From an uncultured delta proteobacterium (lineage in GTDB: Bacteria > Myxococcota_A > Polyangia > Polyangiales > Polyangiaceae): a stretch of DNA of 64,000 nucleotides. Under the pieces are notes generated by a model. It searched no databases and had not been told where the DNA came from. It was given only the letters and a program-made list of their open reading frames with translations. This document shows, in pieces, positions 1 through 10,952 of this stretch. How positions within the stretch are numbered: position 1 is the stretch's first letter; every line of letters begins with the position of its first letter. The DNA is taken from assembly GCA_963850305.1 (NCBI GenBank), contig CAWKKR010000004.1, forward strand, positions 1-64,000, read 5' to 3'. The translations under genes were made by a program, and so were the position numbers.

Positions 1-507
1 GACCTGGGAAATCTTTTGCGCAAGGATCGAATCCGCGTAGTCGTCGACCTGACTGAGCGCCAACGTGTCCGAGCGAACGCTCAGCGTGAGAATGGGCGTG
101 TCCGCCGGGTTCGATTTGCTGTAGCTCGGCGGCGTGGGAAGCGTCCGCGGCAGCAGGCTGGATGCCGCGTTGATGGCCGCCTGAACGTCCTGTTCGGCGG
201 CGTCGATATTGCGATCGAGCGTGAACTGGAGCGTCACCTGGGAGCTGCCGAAGCTGCTCACCGACGTCATCTGCGACAGGGACGGCATCTGGCCGAACTG
301 ACGCTCGAGCGGCGTCGTGACCGAGGACGCCATCGTGTCCGCGCTCGCACCCGGCAGATACGTCGAGACGACGATGGTTGGATAGTCGACCTGGGGAAGC
401 GCGGAGATCGGTAGTGCGCGGAAGCCCACCAGGCCCACCAGCAGGAGGCCGATCATCAGGAGCGTGGTCGCAACGGGCCGCCTGATGAACGGCTCGGAGA
501 TGCTCAC
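1..507 (-). CDS. mdtB: RND multidrug efflux permease, MdtB/MdtC-like (N-terminal part; runs off window)
   Basis: Minus strand reads [51 protein letters not shown], the typical MdtB/C N-terminus; GTGA overlap with the upstream MFP stop. Confidence 0.85.
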   Translation of the reverse strand, partial: MSISEPFIRRPVATTLLMIGLLLVGLVGFRALPISALPQVDYPTIVVSTYLPGASADTMASSVTTPLERQFGQMPSLSQMTSVSSFGSSQVTLQFTLDRNIDAAEQDVQAAINAASSLLPRTLPTPPSYSKSNPADTPILTLSVRSDTLALSQVDDYADSILAQKISQV

Positions 508-1778
508 GGCGACGCTCCAGGAGTCTCGCTCGTCGTGGTGTGCACGCGCGACGCGCCCTGACTCGACGCCGGGCGCGGCGCGACCTTGGCTCCGGGGCGA
601 AGCTGATTCTGTCCTTCCACCACGACCTGATCGCCGGCCTCGAGCCCCTTGGAGATGATCGCCGACTCATCCTGTGTCGAGTCGATGTCGATGGGCCGGA
701 CCGTGGCCGTCTTGGCGGCGTCGACGAGATACACGAACGTCCCTTGTGGCCCGCGCTGCACCGCCGTCGCTGGAATCACGAGCGAATCGCGCTCCGTCGT
801 CACCAGCAACCGGACCTTGAGAAAGGCGTTCGGCCAGAGCACCTTGCCCGGGTTCGCGAAGATCGCCTTGAGACGGATCGTCGCGGTGGCCTGGTTCACC
901 TGATTGTCGACGAGCTCCAGCTTCCCCACGCCCACACGGGTGCTGCCGTCACGCGTGTACGCCTCGACCGTCAGGGGCCCCTTGGCGAGCCCCTTCGCGA
1001 CCCGCGGCAGATCGTCCTGCGGGAGCGTGAAGATGACCGCCATCGGATCGAGCTGAGTCACGACCACGATGCCGCCGGTGTCGGACGCGTGGACGATGTT
1101 GCCGGGATCGACGAGACGAACGCCCGTGACGCCGTCCACCGGCGACTTGATGCTGGCGTAATCGAGCTGCAAACGCGCGTTCTCGATCTGCGCCTGATCC
1201 GCGGCCATCGCGGCGAGCGCCTGGTCGGCCGTGTTCTCCTGGTCATCCACCTGTTGCTGCGGGATGAGCTTCTGTGCGACGAGGCTCTTGTATCGCTCGA
1301 GGTTCAGCTTTGCGTCGCGGGATTGCGCCGTGTCGCGCGCGAGGGCTGCCTCGCCCTGGTGCAGCAAGATCACGAACGGTCGCGGATCGATCTGCGCCAG
1401 CACTTCGCCCTTCTTGACGGACTGCCCCTCGCGGAACTCGACCTTGTCGAGACGGCCGTCGACCTGGCTTCGCACGGTGACGGTCGCCAGCGGGACCGCG
1501 TTGCCGAGCCCTTCCAGGTAAATGGGCACATCGTGTCGTATCGCGATGGCGGTGACCACTGGGACCGCGCGCGCCTCCGCGGACGCCGAGCTGATCCCCG
1601 CCGACGGGGGCGGTCCGCCTGCCGACTTCCTGAACCACATGGCTGCGCCGCCGCCGAGGACCAGGATGGCGAACACCACCCATCCCACCCGTCCGCGCGC
1701 CGGCGGCACCGATTCGTGGACGCCGGGTTGATCCGCTGGAGCCTGACTTTCTCGCGTCGCGGGCATCGTCTCACTCAC
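504..1778 (-). CDS. mdtA: RND efflux periplasmic adaptor, MdtA-like
   Basis: N-terminal [37 protein letters not shown] motifs. Confidence 0.88.
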   Translation of the reverse strand: MSETMPATRESQAPADQPGVHESVPPARGRVGWVVFAILVLGGGAAMWFRKSAGGPPPSAGISSASAEARAVPVVTAIAIRHDVPIYLEGLGNAVPLATVTVRSQVDGRLDKVEFREGQSVKKGEVLAQIDPRPFVILLHQGEAALARDTAQSRDAKLNLERYKSLVAQKLIPQQQVDDQENTADQALAAMAADQAQIENARLQLDYASIKSPVDGVTGVRLVDPGNIVHASDTGGIVVVTQLDPMAVIFTLPQDDLPRVAKGLAKGPLTVEAYTRDGSTRVGVGKLELVDNQVNQATATIRLKAIFANPGKVLWPNAFLKVRLLVTTERDSLVIPATAVQRGPQGTFVYLVDAAKTATVRPIDIDSTQDESAIISKGLEAGDQVVVEGQNQLRPGAKVAPRPASSQGASRVHTTTSETPGASP

Positions 1779-3073
1779 TTTCCAAGGGCCGAAAGAAGAT
1801 CGGCCCGCGCGGACGCGAGGGTGTACTCCGCCTGCACCATCTGTGCGCCTGCGGCCGCGTCGGCGAGCTGCGCGTCGTCGAGCTCGATGATGCTGCCCAC
1901 GCCGGACTGGTACCGCCCCTCGGCGAGGCGAAGCTGTTCATGCGCGTTCGTGACGGCGTCCCGCGCGGCGTCGATCACGACCTTCGCGGCTTGCACCGCG
2001 AGGAGCGCCTGCTCGAGCTCGACGCGCACGGCGAGCTCCTCCTGGGAGATCTGTGCGCTTGCCGACTCGAGATTGCCTTCCGCTTCCCTCACCTGACCCT
2101 GTGTCAGCCCGCCCTGAAAGAACGGCCACGTGAGCGTCGCTCCGACATTCCAGTTCGTTCCGAGGGCATCCAGCGTGGCTCCAGCTTCCGACACGCCTCC
2201 TACGGCGGCGATCGTCGGCCCATAGCCGCCCTTGATCGACGACACGGTGAGCTCGTCCGCCCGCTGTTGCTTTCGTAGCGTCATGATCTCGGGCCGCGCT
2301 GCGAGCGCCTGGGGCAGCAACTGCACCGCGTCCTCGTCCTCGCCCGCAACGCCGCCGAGATCGTCCTCGCCGACCTCGTACGTGGTGGGCCCGAACACAC
2401 CCATGGCTTGATTGAGCTGCGCCCTGGCCGTCGCGTAACCCGTTCTCGCGTTGATGAGCGTCACGCGCGAGTTGGCGAGATCCGTCTTCGCTTGCGCGAG
2501 ATCGATCTCCGGCCGGATCCCTTGATCGACGAAGCCTTGAATCTGCACCAGATGCCGTTCCTGATTGGCGACCGTATCTTGCCCGACCTTGACGAGCGCT
2601 TTCTCGGCGTGAGCCTGGAAGAACGCCTTTCTGACTTGTAGCGCTACCTGTACCGCCGTCGTCCGCTCGGACGCCTTGAGCGACTCTTCCGCAGCGCTCG
2701 CGGCGCGGGTGCGATCGATGGTCTGTCCGAAGTCGTAGATGAGCTGGGTCGCGCTGACGCCCACGCCGAAGATGTCGTACGTCGCGGTCGTCCCGCTCAC
2801 GGTCGTCGGTGCCGCCGCGGTGGTCGGGCGCCCGTGCACGCGCTCTGCCAGCGCCGTCCCCGTCACCTGCGGCAAATAGCCCGATCGGGCTTCCTCGACT
2901 CGCCCCGAAGCCGCCGCGGTGAGGCCGCGCGCCTGGAATACGGACGGCTGATGCGCGAGGGCGATCTGAACGGCGTCGTTCAGATGCAACACGCGCGGCG
3001 GTGCGTTCTCCGCGAACGCCCGCGGGCTCGTGAGGAGGATGGCGAGAGACCCGACCGTGAAAACCCTTTTCAT
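1775..3073 (-). CDS. TolC family outer membrane efflux protein
   Basis: Signal peptide from MKRVFTVG; LNDAVQIAL..QP, ARSGYLPQV, RYQSGVGSIIEL motifs; ORF-track upstream extension judged spurious. Confidence 0.85.
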   Translation of the reverse strand: MKRVFTVGSLAILLTSPRAFAENAPPRVLHLNDAVQIALAHQPSVFQARGLTAAASGRVEEARSGYLPQVTGTALAERVHGRPTTAAAPTTVSGTTATYDIFGVGVSATQLIYDFGQTIDRTRAASAAEESLKASERTTAVQVALQVRKAFFQAHAEKALVKVGQDTVANQERHLVQIQGFVDQGIRPEIDLAQAKTDLANSRVTLINARTGYATARAQLNQAMGVFGPTTYEVGEDDLGGVAGEDEDAVQLLPQALAARPEIMTLRKQQRADELTVSSIKGGYGPTIAAVGGVSEAGATLDALGTNWNVGATLTWPFFQGGLTQGQVREAEGNLESASAQISQEELAVRVELEQALLAVQAAKVVIDAARDAVTNAHEQLRLAEGRYQSGVGSIIELDDAQLADAAAGAQMVQAEYTLASARADLLSALGK

Positions 3074-3107
3074 AACGAGAGCTAGCTTCCGTCCGCGACC
3101 CGCCGGA

Positions 3108-3123
3108 AGCGAGCTTCGTGCCA
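3108..3123 (-). promoter_or_regulatory. sigma-54 -24/-12 promoter for tolC-mdtA-mdtB
   Basis: TGGCAC-GAAGC-TCGCT on the minus strand with GG-N10-GC spacing, 35 bp upstream of the ATG; an enhancer-binding protein is encoded nearby. Confidence 0.65.
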
Positions 3124-3229
3124 ACGGCCCCAAGCGCGGTCGCAAGTGCAGTCTCTTGCGGGGTGCGCGGACAATTCGGGGACCGCCGAACGGGGGCATT
3201 CCTCCGCAGACTGTCCTCTTTGCTGACAG

Positions 3230-4723
3230 GTGTCCGGATCCCGTACGGTTGCGGTCGCGAAGCGAGCCGCGGGGGTCAAGACCCCCTTTCCTAGTATTGG
3301 TGCTAAAAAGAGTGGGATTCGCCACCGTCTGCTCACCATCCTGTCTCTCGGCGTGGTCGTTTCGGCACTGACGCTCGCGGCCTTGATCCATTTGCTATCG
3401 ACCACGATGCGCCATCGCGTGGAGCGGGCAAGCGAAGCCGTCACGGAAGAAGTGGAGCGTTTGGCGCGGGATCCACGGCTCCATGGGGAGACCGCCCCCT
3501 TCTCGATCGTGGGAATGCGGGGAGGCACGCGGACCGAGTCCGGCTCGGACGCTTATGGAAAGACGCCGGCCGAGTGGGTGCCGGCGGTCGAGCAGGCGAT
3601 GCGACAGAGTCGACTCGTCGGCGGTCCTGCCACCCTCGACGTGCCCATCGGCGACTCGACGCTCGTCGTCGCGGCCCGCCCCGCCAGGAACGGTGCGCAC
3701 GCCTGGTCAGGCTTCCTGGTCCGGCCGATGTCGTCCTTGAAGGTCTGGCAGTGGATCGTCACGCTGCTCGCGCTCGCGACGGGCGTCCTGGTCGCGACGA
3801 CCGTCTACGCGATCGTCACGGTGCAGCGCGGAGCTGCCGCGCTGCGCACGGCGCTACAGGGGCTCGCGACGGATCTCTCCGCTCCGATCCCGCGCTCCAA
3901 CGTGCAAGAACTGTCCTCCATCGCGGACGGCATTCAACGCATGGCGGAGAGACTCGCCCGCGCGCGACGCGAGGAGGAGCGCCTGCAGCGGGAGCTCGCG
4001 CGACAGGAGCGACTCGCCGCGCTCGGTCGAGTGGCGGCCGGCGTCGCACACGAGGTCAGAAACCCCCTCGCCTCGATCAAGCTGCGGCTCGATCTGGCCG
4101 CCGCCGAACATCGCGCGCTGCCCCCGGACGTGGAGAAGGCAATCTCCCACGCCACGACCGAGATCGGCCGGCTCGATCGGCTGGTCGCGGATCTGTTGAT
4201 CGTCGCGGGTCGTGCCACCGGGCCCCGCACCTCCGCGTCGCTCGGAACCGTGGTGCGCGCGCGGGTGGAAGCATTGTCGCCCTGGGCCCGAGAACGGGGA
4301 GTGTCAGTCTCCGCCTCGGGAGATGCGACCGTGACGGCGGACATGGACTCGGTGGCGCGCTCCGTCGACAATCTGCTGCGTAACGCGGCCGAGGCCTCGC
4401 CGTCCGGTGGATCCGTCACGGCGACGGTGGAGACCCGTGGCGACGACATCATCGTGGCGGTGACCGACCGCGGCCCGGGGGTATCGCAGGAGCATGCGAG
4501 CGAGCTCTTCGAGCCGTTCTTCACGACGAAGCCCGACGGCACCGGCCTCGGGCTCGCGCTGTCCCGCGCGATCGCGCGCGCGCACGGTGGAGACCTCTCC
4601 TACGTGCGAGACGCGGAGACGACCCGGTTCGAGCTCGCACTGCCGAGCGGCGCCAAGAGCGAACCAAAACACTCGATGGAGCCGTCGACATCGCCGGATG
4701 CGCGCGACGGAGCCGTCGCTTGA
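3230..4723 (+). CDS. HAMP-domain sensor histidine kinase
   Basis: Two TM segments, HEVRNPL H-box, NLLRNA N-box, D.GPG, FEPFFTTK, GTGLGL; true start uncertain, probably near 3312 (GTG GG[G] ATT CGC if one G is missing). Confidence 0.88.
   Translation: MSGSRTVAVAKRAAGVKTPFPSIGAKKSGIRHRLLTILSLGVVVSALTLAALIHLLSTTMRHRVERASEAVTEEVERLARDPRLHGETAPFSIVGMRGGTRTESGSDAYGKTPAEWVPAVEQAMRQSRLVGGPATLDVPIGDSTLVVAARPARNGAHAWSGFLVRPMSSLKVWQWIVTLLALATGVLVATTVYAIVTVQRGAAALRTALQGLATDLSAPIPRSNVQELSSIADGIQRMAERLARARREEERLQRELARQERLAALGRVAAGVAHEVRNPLASIKLRLDLAAAEHRALPPDVEKAISHATTEIGRLDRLVADLLIVAGRATGPRTSASLGTVVRARVEALSPWARERGVSVSASGDATVTADMDSVARSVDNLLRNAAEASPSGGSVTATVETRGDDIIVAVTDRGPGVSQEHASELFEPFFTTKPDGTGLGLALSRAIARAHGGDLSYVRDAETTRFELALPSGAKSEPKHSMEPSTSPDARDGAVA
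3251..3286. repeat. Single partial copy of the REP-like hairpin element (see 15796-16007)
   Basis: GCGGTCGCGAAGCGAGCCGC-GGGGGTCAAGACCCCC, near-identical to the array unit. Confidence 0.75.
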
Positions 4724-6072
4724 GCGACGCAGTCGTGCTCATCGTCGAGGACGAGCGCGGCCTGCGCGAGGGGTTGGTGGGAGCGGTCGAGAGACTGGGC
4801 TGCCGCGCCTTGCCCGCCACGGGCCTCGCCGAGGCGCGCCGGGCGCTCGAGTCCACGGCCATCGACTGCATCCTGCTCGACATCCGACTCAAGGACGGCG
4901 ACGGGCTCGATTTCCTCGCCGAGCTCCGAAGAAACCCGGGGCACGACATCCCCGTCATCCTCGCGACGGCCTATGGCGATAGCGAACGGACAATCCGCGC
5001 CATGCGCGACGGCGCTTTCGACTATGTGACCAAGCCGTTCGACTTGCCGACATTGCTCGGCACCGTTGAGCGAGCGCTCGCGCTCCGGAGCGTCACGCGC
5101 ACGCTCGCGCCGCTGCCCATCACGAAATCGGAGGGCGGCGGCCTCGTGGGCACGAGTGCCGCGATGCTCGCCACATGGAAGGTCATCGGGCGCGCAGCCG
5201 CGTCCAGCGCGCCGGTGCTCGTCACGGGCGAGACCGGAGTCGGCAAAGAGCTCGTCGCCCGCGCGGTACATGACTACTCGACGCGCAGCAAAGAACCGTT
5301 CGTCGCGGTGAACCTCGCCGCCGTCCCGCCGACGCTGATCGAGAGCGAGCTCTTCGGGCACGAGCGCGGAGCGTTCACCGGCGCTGCGGCGCGGCGTACC
5401 GGACGCTTCGAGCTCGCGGGAACCGGCACCCTCTTTCTCGACGAGATCGGCGATCTCGAGCCGGCATTGCAAACGAAGCTGCTCCGAGTGCTCCAGGACG
5501 GAACGTTCGAGCGCGTGGGCAGCAGCGAATCCCTGTCGTCGCGCGCCCGGGTCATCACCGCGACGAACAAGCCCGTGCACCCCGGCGACGCCGGCTGCGT
5601 CCTTCGCGAGGATCTCTACTATCGCCTCGCCGTCGTGGAGATCCATGTGCCGCCGCTCCGCGCGCGCCGCAGCGACATCCCGCTCCTCGTCGCGCACGCC
5701 CTCCGCGGAACGACATCCCGCGCCGTCACCGAGCGCGCCATGGAACGCCTCATCGGCCACGACTGGCCCGGCAACGTCCGCGAGCTCATCCACGTCATCG
5801 AGCGCGCGAGTGTCCTCTGCGGCGGCGAACTCATCGACGTCGCGCATTTACCGGAAGCAATGTCCGCGCCCGCATCGCAGCCGGTCGACGACCCCGTGTT
5901 CGCCGAGACGCTCCGCGACGCCGTCGCGGCGCTCGAGCGGCGCATGATCCAGCGAGCGCTCGAGCGCACGAAGGGCAACCGGTCCGAAGCCGCGCGTCAG
6001 CTCGGCCTTGCCCGCACGCAGCTCTACGCCAAGATGGAAGAGTACGGATTCGGCGCGAAGTCCGAGGGTTGA
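4720..6072 (+). CDS. sigma-54-dependent response regulator (NtrC/AtoC family)
   Basis: Receiver domain, GETGVGKE Walker A, GAFTGA, LDEIGD, WPGNVREL, Fis-type HTH. Confidence 0.95.
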   Translation: MSDAVVLIVEDERGLREGLVGAVERLGCRALPATGLAEARRALESTAIDCILLDIRLKDGDGLDFLAELRRNPGHDIPVILATAYGDSERTIRAMRDGAFDYVTKPFDLPTLLGTVERALALRSVTRTLAPLPITKSEGGGLVGTSAAMLATWKVIGRAAASSAPVLVTGETGVGKELVARAVHDYSTRSKEPFVAVNLAAVPPTLIESELFGHERGAFTGAAARRTGRFELAGTGTLFLDEIGDLEPALQTKLLRVLQDGTFERVGSSESLSSRARVITATNKPVHPGDAGCVLREDLYYRLAVVEIHVPPLRARRSDIPLLVAHALRGTTSRAVTERAMERLIGHDWPGNVRELIHVIERASVLCGGELIDVAHLPEAMSAPASQPVDDPVFAETLRDAVAALERRMIQRALERTKGNRSEAARQLGLARTQLYAKMEEYGFGAKSEG

Positions 6073-6200
6073 AGTCAGGCTGAAACCCGTGACGATCGCG
6101 GCGACGGATCTGAATCTGGCCGTCATGTCCGACATATCCAGTTGCCGCAACGCAGCGCTGCGATGAAGCATCGTCGGATTCCGGATACACTCGCTGGATC

Positions 6201-7154
6201 GTGCTGCGGTCGGTGTTCGTCGTTCTCGTCCTGCTCGTCTTTGCGGCGTGCGCGAATGACGCGCACGTCGGGGGCCCGGGCAGCGAGGACGGCGGAGGCA
6301 CTGACGGCGGATCCTCGGACGGCGCGGTGCGCTTCGCGACGGAGCCCGTCGCGGCGCCTCCGTCTTACCTCGGCACGACCGACGACGGCGCGCCCTGCGC
6401 GACGGAGTACCTGACGAGGGGCTTCGAACCGGTCGATACGAGCGCGCGCCACCCGCTGTTCTTGTACTTCGCGGGAACGAGCTTCGTCGCGACCGATGTG
6501 ACCACTCATTATGACAGCCAAGCGGCGACCGCCGTGACGCTCGCGATGGCCAAGCGCGGGTTCGTCGCCCTGTCCGCGCAATACGACAACGGCGCCACCG
6601 CGTGGCTCAGCGACCACGTCAATCAACTCGCGTGCCTCTTCGGCGACGCGAACGCTCAGAGTCTTCTCGCCGTCGCGTGCGGACTGCCGAACGTCGATTG
6701 CAATCTCGGCATCGCCACGTGGGGCCACAGCCAGGGCGCGCTCATCGCGGACCTCGCCGCCACCTTCGATACGCGGGTGCGCGCCGTGTGGACGACCGGC
6801 TACGGTGGCGACCCGCGCGCGACACTCTCGCGCGACCGCTTCCGCGTCGTGAACGGAGAAAACGACACTGCCAACGCCGCCGTCCCAGGTCTCGACACGA
6901 CCGCCGGCTTCACGACGACGGAGTGCCCCGATGACGGCCGCAAAGAGTGCCTGCGCGCGGACGGCAGCGGCTGGATCATCGTGCAGCAGAAAGACTGCCT
7001 CGTGACGTCCGCCGATCACTGCTGGTTCGACAAGAAGACGTGCCTCGACACGCCCGAGACGCTCGAGCCCAACTGGGTCGACGCGACCTCGACGAAGCCC
7101 TTCGCGCTGGACCTGAATGCAGATTGGGTCAGCGCGACTTTGTCACGGCAGTGA
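6201..7154 (+). CDS. Cys-rich lipoprotein, putative alpha/beta hydrolase
   Basis: Lipobox VFAAC; GHSQG nucleophile-elbow motif; later NGEND and DHCW. Confidence 0.55.
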   Translation: MLRSVFVVLVLLVFAACANDAHVGGPGSEDGGGTDGGSSDGAVRFATEPVAAPPSYLGTTDDGAPCATEYLTRGFEPVDTSARHPLFLYFAGTSFVATDVTTHYDSQAATAVTLAMAKRGFVALSAQYDNGATAWLSDHVNQLACLFGDANAQSLLAVACGLPNVDCNLGIATWGHSQGALIADLAATFDTRVRAVWTTGYGGDPRATLSRDRFRVVNGENDTANAAVPGLDTTAGFTTTECPDDGRKECLRADGSGWIIVQQKDCLVTSADHCWFDKKTCLDTPETLEPNWVDATSTKPFALDLNADWVSATLSRQ

Positions 7155-7197
7155 CACCGTCGGCGCCGGACGACCGAGCGGGGACCGGGATCGCGCC

Positions 7198-8605
7198 TTA
7201 GCTCGCCGTGGGATCGTCCACGTGGCCGAGAAACAGGACAGCGCCCGTGGGCGCATCGATGATCGAGATGAGGAAGGGGCGATTGACGACCATCGGGACG
7301 GGCGTCGGAGGTGGCAAAGCGATCGAAGCCCTGTCCACGATGACTGCCGTCGCGGCAGCGGCCTCGACGCCGTTCTCCTCGACGCCGATCATCGCCTTCT
7401 GGAGCACGTCCGAGATGTAGAGCCGCCCGCCGTCGGGGAGACTCGGACACATTGGGGTGAAGTCGGCGGCGGCTCCGTCGAAGGCGTCCGGCATGCCCAT
7501 GGCTTTCAGGGCAGCGGCGAGCGAGAACGTGGGCGTCGTGAAGGAGAATTTAGGCAAGGACAGCACGACGTCCGCGCTCGAGCTCGGGCTCGTCAATGCG
7601 GCAGAGCCCGAGGACAGCGCCGATTCGTAGGTCGTCAGAATCCCCGTGCGGCAGCGCGATGACGACGGAGAGCTGACTGCCCGCGAGGGGCAACGAGACG
7701 ATCTGGGCCTGTCCGTCGTCCACGTACGGGAACTCGTGCTCGAGGTTCATCATGTCGGGGGTCACCTGGGCGCCGCTCGCCGCCGTGAAGGTCCCCTTGG
7801 CGGTGGCGCTCGGCGTGAACGGATTCTCCCAGGGGAGCTTCAGGTGGATCGCGTTCACGAGGACCAGGCGCGTCGTCTTGTCGAGGGAACCCTCGGGGAG
7901 CAGGTCTTGAATCTTGCCGGCGGTCTCGTCGCTGACCCAGGTGTTGATGTCGGTTCGCGCGGGCTCCCACTGGTGCACGAAATCCTCGAGATAGACACCC
8001 GCGCCGTAGCTCTTCGCCAGGACGTCGAGGAAGGGTTCGGCCCAGGGATAGGTCGATTGGCCCCAGACTGAGTTCACGATCTGAAGCTGATAATCGGAGG
8101 GTGAGGGCGGGGTCACATCGCCTCCGCTGGCATCGGATTGAGCGCCAGCGAGCGCGGAAGCGGCTCGGCCGTCCAGCGCCTGCGAGAGCGCGTTCTGTCC
8201 GTCGAAGATCGCCGTCGCGGCGGCCCCGTAGTGCAGCGCGGTCGCCATCTGCGCCGCCGTGTTCCCCGCCGCGCCCGCGTAGGTCATCGTCAACGCGAAG
8301 GAAGCGCTGATGGGGGAGGTCAGCAGGTTGCCCGCGGGTGCGCCACTCCGCACGTGCGCGTAAAGGTCGACGGCAAACGCATTGTTTGCGGCAACCGCGC
8401 CGTCGAGAACACTCGCCGGGATCGCCGACGCCGGATCGCGCGAGAGGCCCGAGACGGCGCGCCCGATGGACAAGCCGCCGTCCGCGAGGGTCCTCGGGTT
8501 CGAACCGCCGTCGCCTGCGGAGCCAGAAGGCTTGCCGTTCGAGGAGCTGCAAGCGGCGATCAGGAGCACCGACGAAGCTGCAAAGGAGCAAATGGGATGG
8601 CGCAT
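7198..8605 (-). CDS. Serpin family lipoprotein (one frameshift at about 7640)
   Basis: NNAFAVDLY, SPIS, INTWVS..TAGKI, LVNAIH, LPKF, EENGVEAAAAT hinge, NRPFL, LFLGHV; split over ORFs 7550-8605 and 7198-7596 by one extra base (GATTCTG vs GATCTG). Confidence 0.88.
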
Positions 8606-8933
8606 CTCCGTACTCTACGCACGAATCGTGCCCTCGCCCGCATTCGGTCGAAGCTCTGGGCCTTTGTCGGCGCAGGGACGGACGGACCCGGACAGTTTCG
8701 TCGCGGTCGGCACGGTTTGGCACGGCGACGTCTCCGCGACGGCCGATGTGTCCCGCGATACGCGGCGCGTGGGGACCACGACACGGGCGCGGGGAACGTC
8801 CAGAAACACGATCAAGAGAGAACTCCCGCAAACACGAGCGGTTACCGGTGACTCGCGAGAGCGGCCCGGTGGCGCACGGGGGTTGCAATGGGAGCTCTCG
8901 CCGCGTCTTTCACCCGCGGCAAAGGGAGCTTCG

Positions 8934-10952
8934 ATGGTTCGCGTCCGATGTCGCCTCTTGTACGTCCTCTACGTCTTCGCATTCTTCCTCTCCGCGCACC
9001 TTGCCGCTGCTCTGCCGGATGGGCTGCCAGACGACAAGACTCTGTCGCCCTACTTCTTCGTCGAAAACGGTGACCCGAAGATCGACCAGCTCCCGCTCGC
9101 TTCGACCAAGGTCGACGTCGCGGTGTCGGGCGTCATCGCGGACGTCACGGTCACGCAGGTGTACCGGAACGACGGCAAGCGCCCCATCAGCGCGAAGTAC
9201 GTCTTCCCCGCGTCGACCCGCGCCGCCGTGCACGGCATGCGGATGACGATCGGCAAGCAGGTCATCGTCGCGAAGATCAAGGAGCGCGAGCAGGCAAAGA
9301 AGGAATACGAGGCCCACAAGGAGGCCGGCAAGAACGCGACCCTCCTCGAAGAAGACCGCCCGAACGTGTTCACGATGAGCGTCGCGAACGTGATGCCGGG
9401 CGACCACATCGAAGTCACGCTTCAATATACGGAGCTCCTCGTTCCAGAAGGCGGCACGTACGAGTTCGTGTACCCGACGGTCGTCGGTCCGCGCTACTCG
9501 AACGTCGAAGCGAGCCGCGCGCCGAAGACGAGCGCGTTCGTCGCGTCGCCATATCTCCCGCAGGGGCACGAAACCCCGAGCACCTTCGACCTTTCGGGCA
9601 CCCTGTCGACGGCCATTCCAATCCAGTTCGTGGACAGCCCGTCGCACAAGCTCGTCGAACATCGCGACAATGCGACGCTCTCGCGGTTCTCGCTCGGCGA
9701 CAGCGAGCATCATGGAGACAACCGCGATTTCATCCTGAGGTACGGCCTCTCCGGCGACGCGATCCAAACGGGGCTGACCCTCTACGACGCCGGGGCCGAG
9801 AAGTTCTTCCTGCTCGTCGTGCAGCCGCCGAAGAAGGTGATGCCGGAAAACATCCCCCCGCGCGAGTACGTGTTCGTCCTCGACGTCTCGGGGAGCATGG
9901 AGGGTTTTCCGCTCGACACGGCCAAGCGCGTGCTCCGGGAGCTCGTGACCGGCCTTCGCCCCGTCGACAAGTTCAACGTCGTGCTCTTCTCGGGCGCGTC
10001 GTTCGTGCTCTCGCCGCACTCGCTGGCGGCGACCCCCGAAAACGTCTCGGCCGCCCTCGCCGACATCGACAAGGAACGCGGCGGTGGCGGCACGGAGCTC
10101 TTGCCGGCGCTGCAGCAAGCGATGTCCCTCTCCTCGGCGCCGGGCATTTCCCGGAGCTTCGTCGTGATGACGGACGGGTACATCGAGGCGGACAAAGGCG
10201 CGATCGACTACGTGCGGGCGCACCTCGGCGATGCCAACGTCTTCTCGTTCGGCATCGGCACCGCAGTGAACCGGTTCCTCATCGAGGGACTCGCGAAGGC
10301 GGGACAGGGCGAACCCTTCGTCGTCACGGATCCGTCGTTCGCGAAGGAAGCCGCGGCGCGGTTCCGGAGCTACGTCGCGGCACCCGTGCTCACGGATGTA
10401 CGCGTCGCCTACGACGGGTTCGACGCGTACGACGTGGAGCCGGCTGCGATCCCCGACGTGTTCGCCGAACGACCCGTCATCGTGCACGGCAAATGGCGCG
10501 GCAAGGTGGCCGGCGCGATCCACGTGAGCGGCGTAACCGGCAGCGGCGCGTACGACCAGCGCTTCGACGTCGCGCTCACGACGCCGAAGCCGGAGAACCG
10601 GGCGCTCGAGTACCTCTGGGCGCGCTCGCGCATCGGCGAACTCTCGGACTTCGGCTTCGGCGAACCGAGCGACGCGGTGAAGACGGAAGTGACCGCGCTC
10701 GGCCTGAAGTACAGCCTGCTCACCCCTTACACGTCGTTCATTGCCGTGTCCGAGGTCGTGCGGAACCCCGGCGCGAAGTCCACTGACGTCGACCAACCGC
10801 TGGCCCTCCCGGCGGGCGTCTCGGAAGACGCGATCGGAAACGGGATGCAGGCCGCCTCCGAGCCGGAGCTGGTCCTGCTCTTTGCCCTGGGCGGACTGCT
10901 GCTCGCCGGTCGGGAACTACTCCGCATGCGTCGCCGGGAGCTCGCCAAGTGA
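8934..10952 (+). CDS. VIT + VWA domain protein with C-terminal SEP-CTERM-like sorting signal
   Basis: Signal peptide; VIT (ADVTVTQVY..YVFP); VWA MIDAS DVSGSM, GGGTEL, TDG; ends ASEPE + TM helix + RMRRRE. Confidence 0.88.
   Translation: MVRVRCRLLYVLYVFAFFLSAHLAAALPDGLPDDKTLSPYFFVENGDPKIDQLPLASTKVDVAVSGVIADVTVTQVYRNDGKRPISAKYVFPASTRAAVHGMRMTIGKQVIVAKIKEREQAKKEYEAHKEAGKNATLLEEDRPNVFTMSVANVMPGDHIEVTLQYTELLVPEGGTYEFVYPTVVGPRYSNVEASRAPKTSAFVASPYLPQGHETPSTFDLSGTLSTAIPIQFVDSPSHKLVEHRDNATLSRFSLGDSEHHGDNRDFILRYGLSGDAIQTGLTLYDAGAEKFFLLVVQPPKKVMPENIPPREYVFVLDVSGSMEGFPLDTAKRVLRELVTGLRPVDKFNVVLFSGASFVLSPHSLAATPENVSAALADIDKERGGGGTELLPALQQAMSLSSAPGISRSFVVMTDGYIEADKGAIDYVRAHLGDANVFSFGIGTAVNRFLIEGLAKAGQGEPFVVTDPSFAKEAAARFRSYVAAPVLTDVRVAYDGFDAYDVEPAAIPDVFAERPVIVHGKWRGKVAGAIHVSGVTGSGAYDQRFDVALTTPKPENRALEYLWARSRIGELSDFGFGEPSDAVKTEVTALGLKYSLLTPYTSFIAVSEVVRNPGAKSTDVDQPLALPAGVSEDAIGNGMQAASEPELVLLFALGGLLLAGRELLRMRRRELAK

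Noticed and set aside
8869..8887. sigma-54 promoter upstream of the VIT-VWA gene (TGGCGCACGGGGGTTGCA)
   Set aside because: GG-to-GC spacing is 12, not 10; the correctly spaced position has CG
8382..8933. 184-aa N-terminal extension of the VIT-VWA ORF
   Set aside because: Overlaps the serpin antisense; the signal peptide begins at ATG 8934
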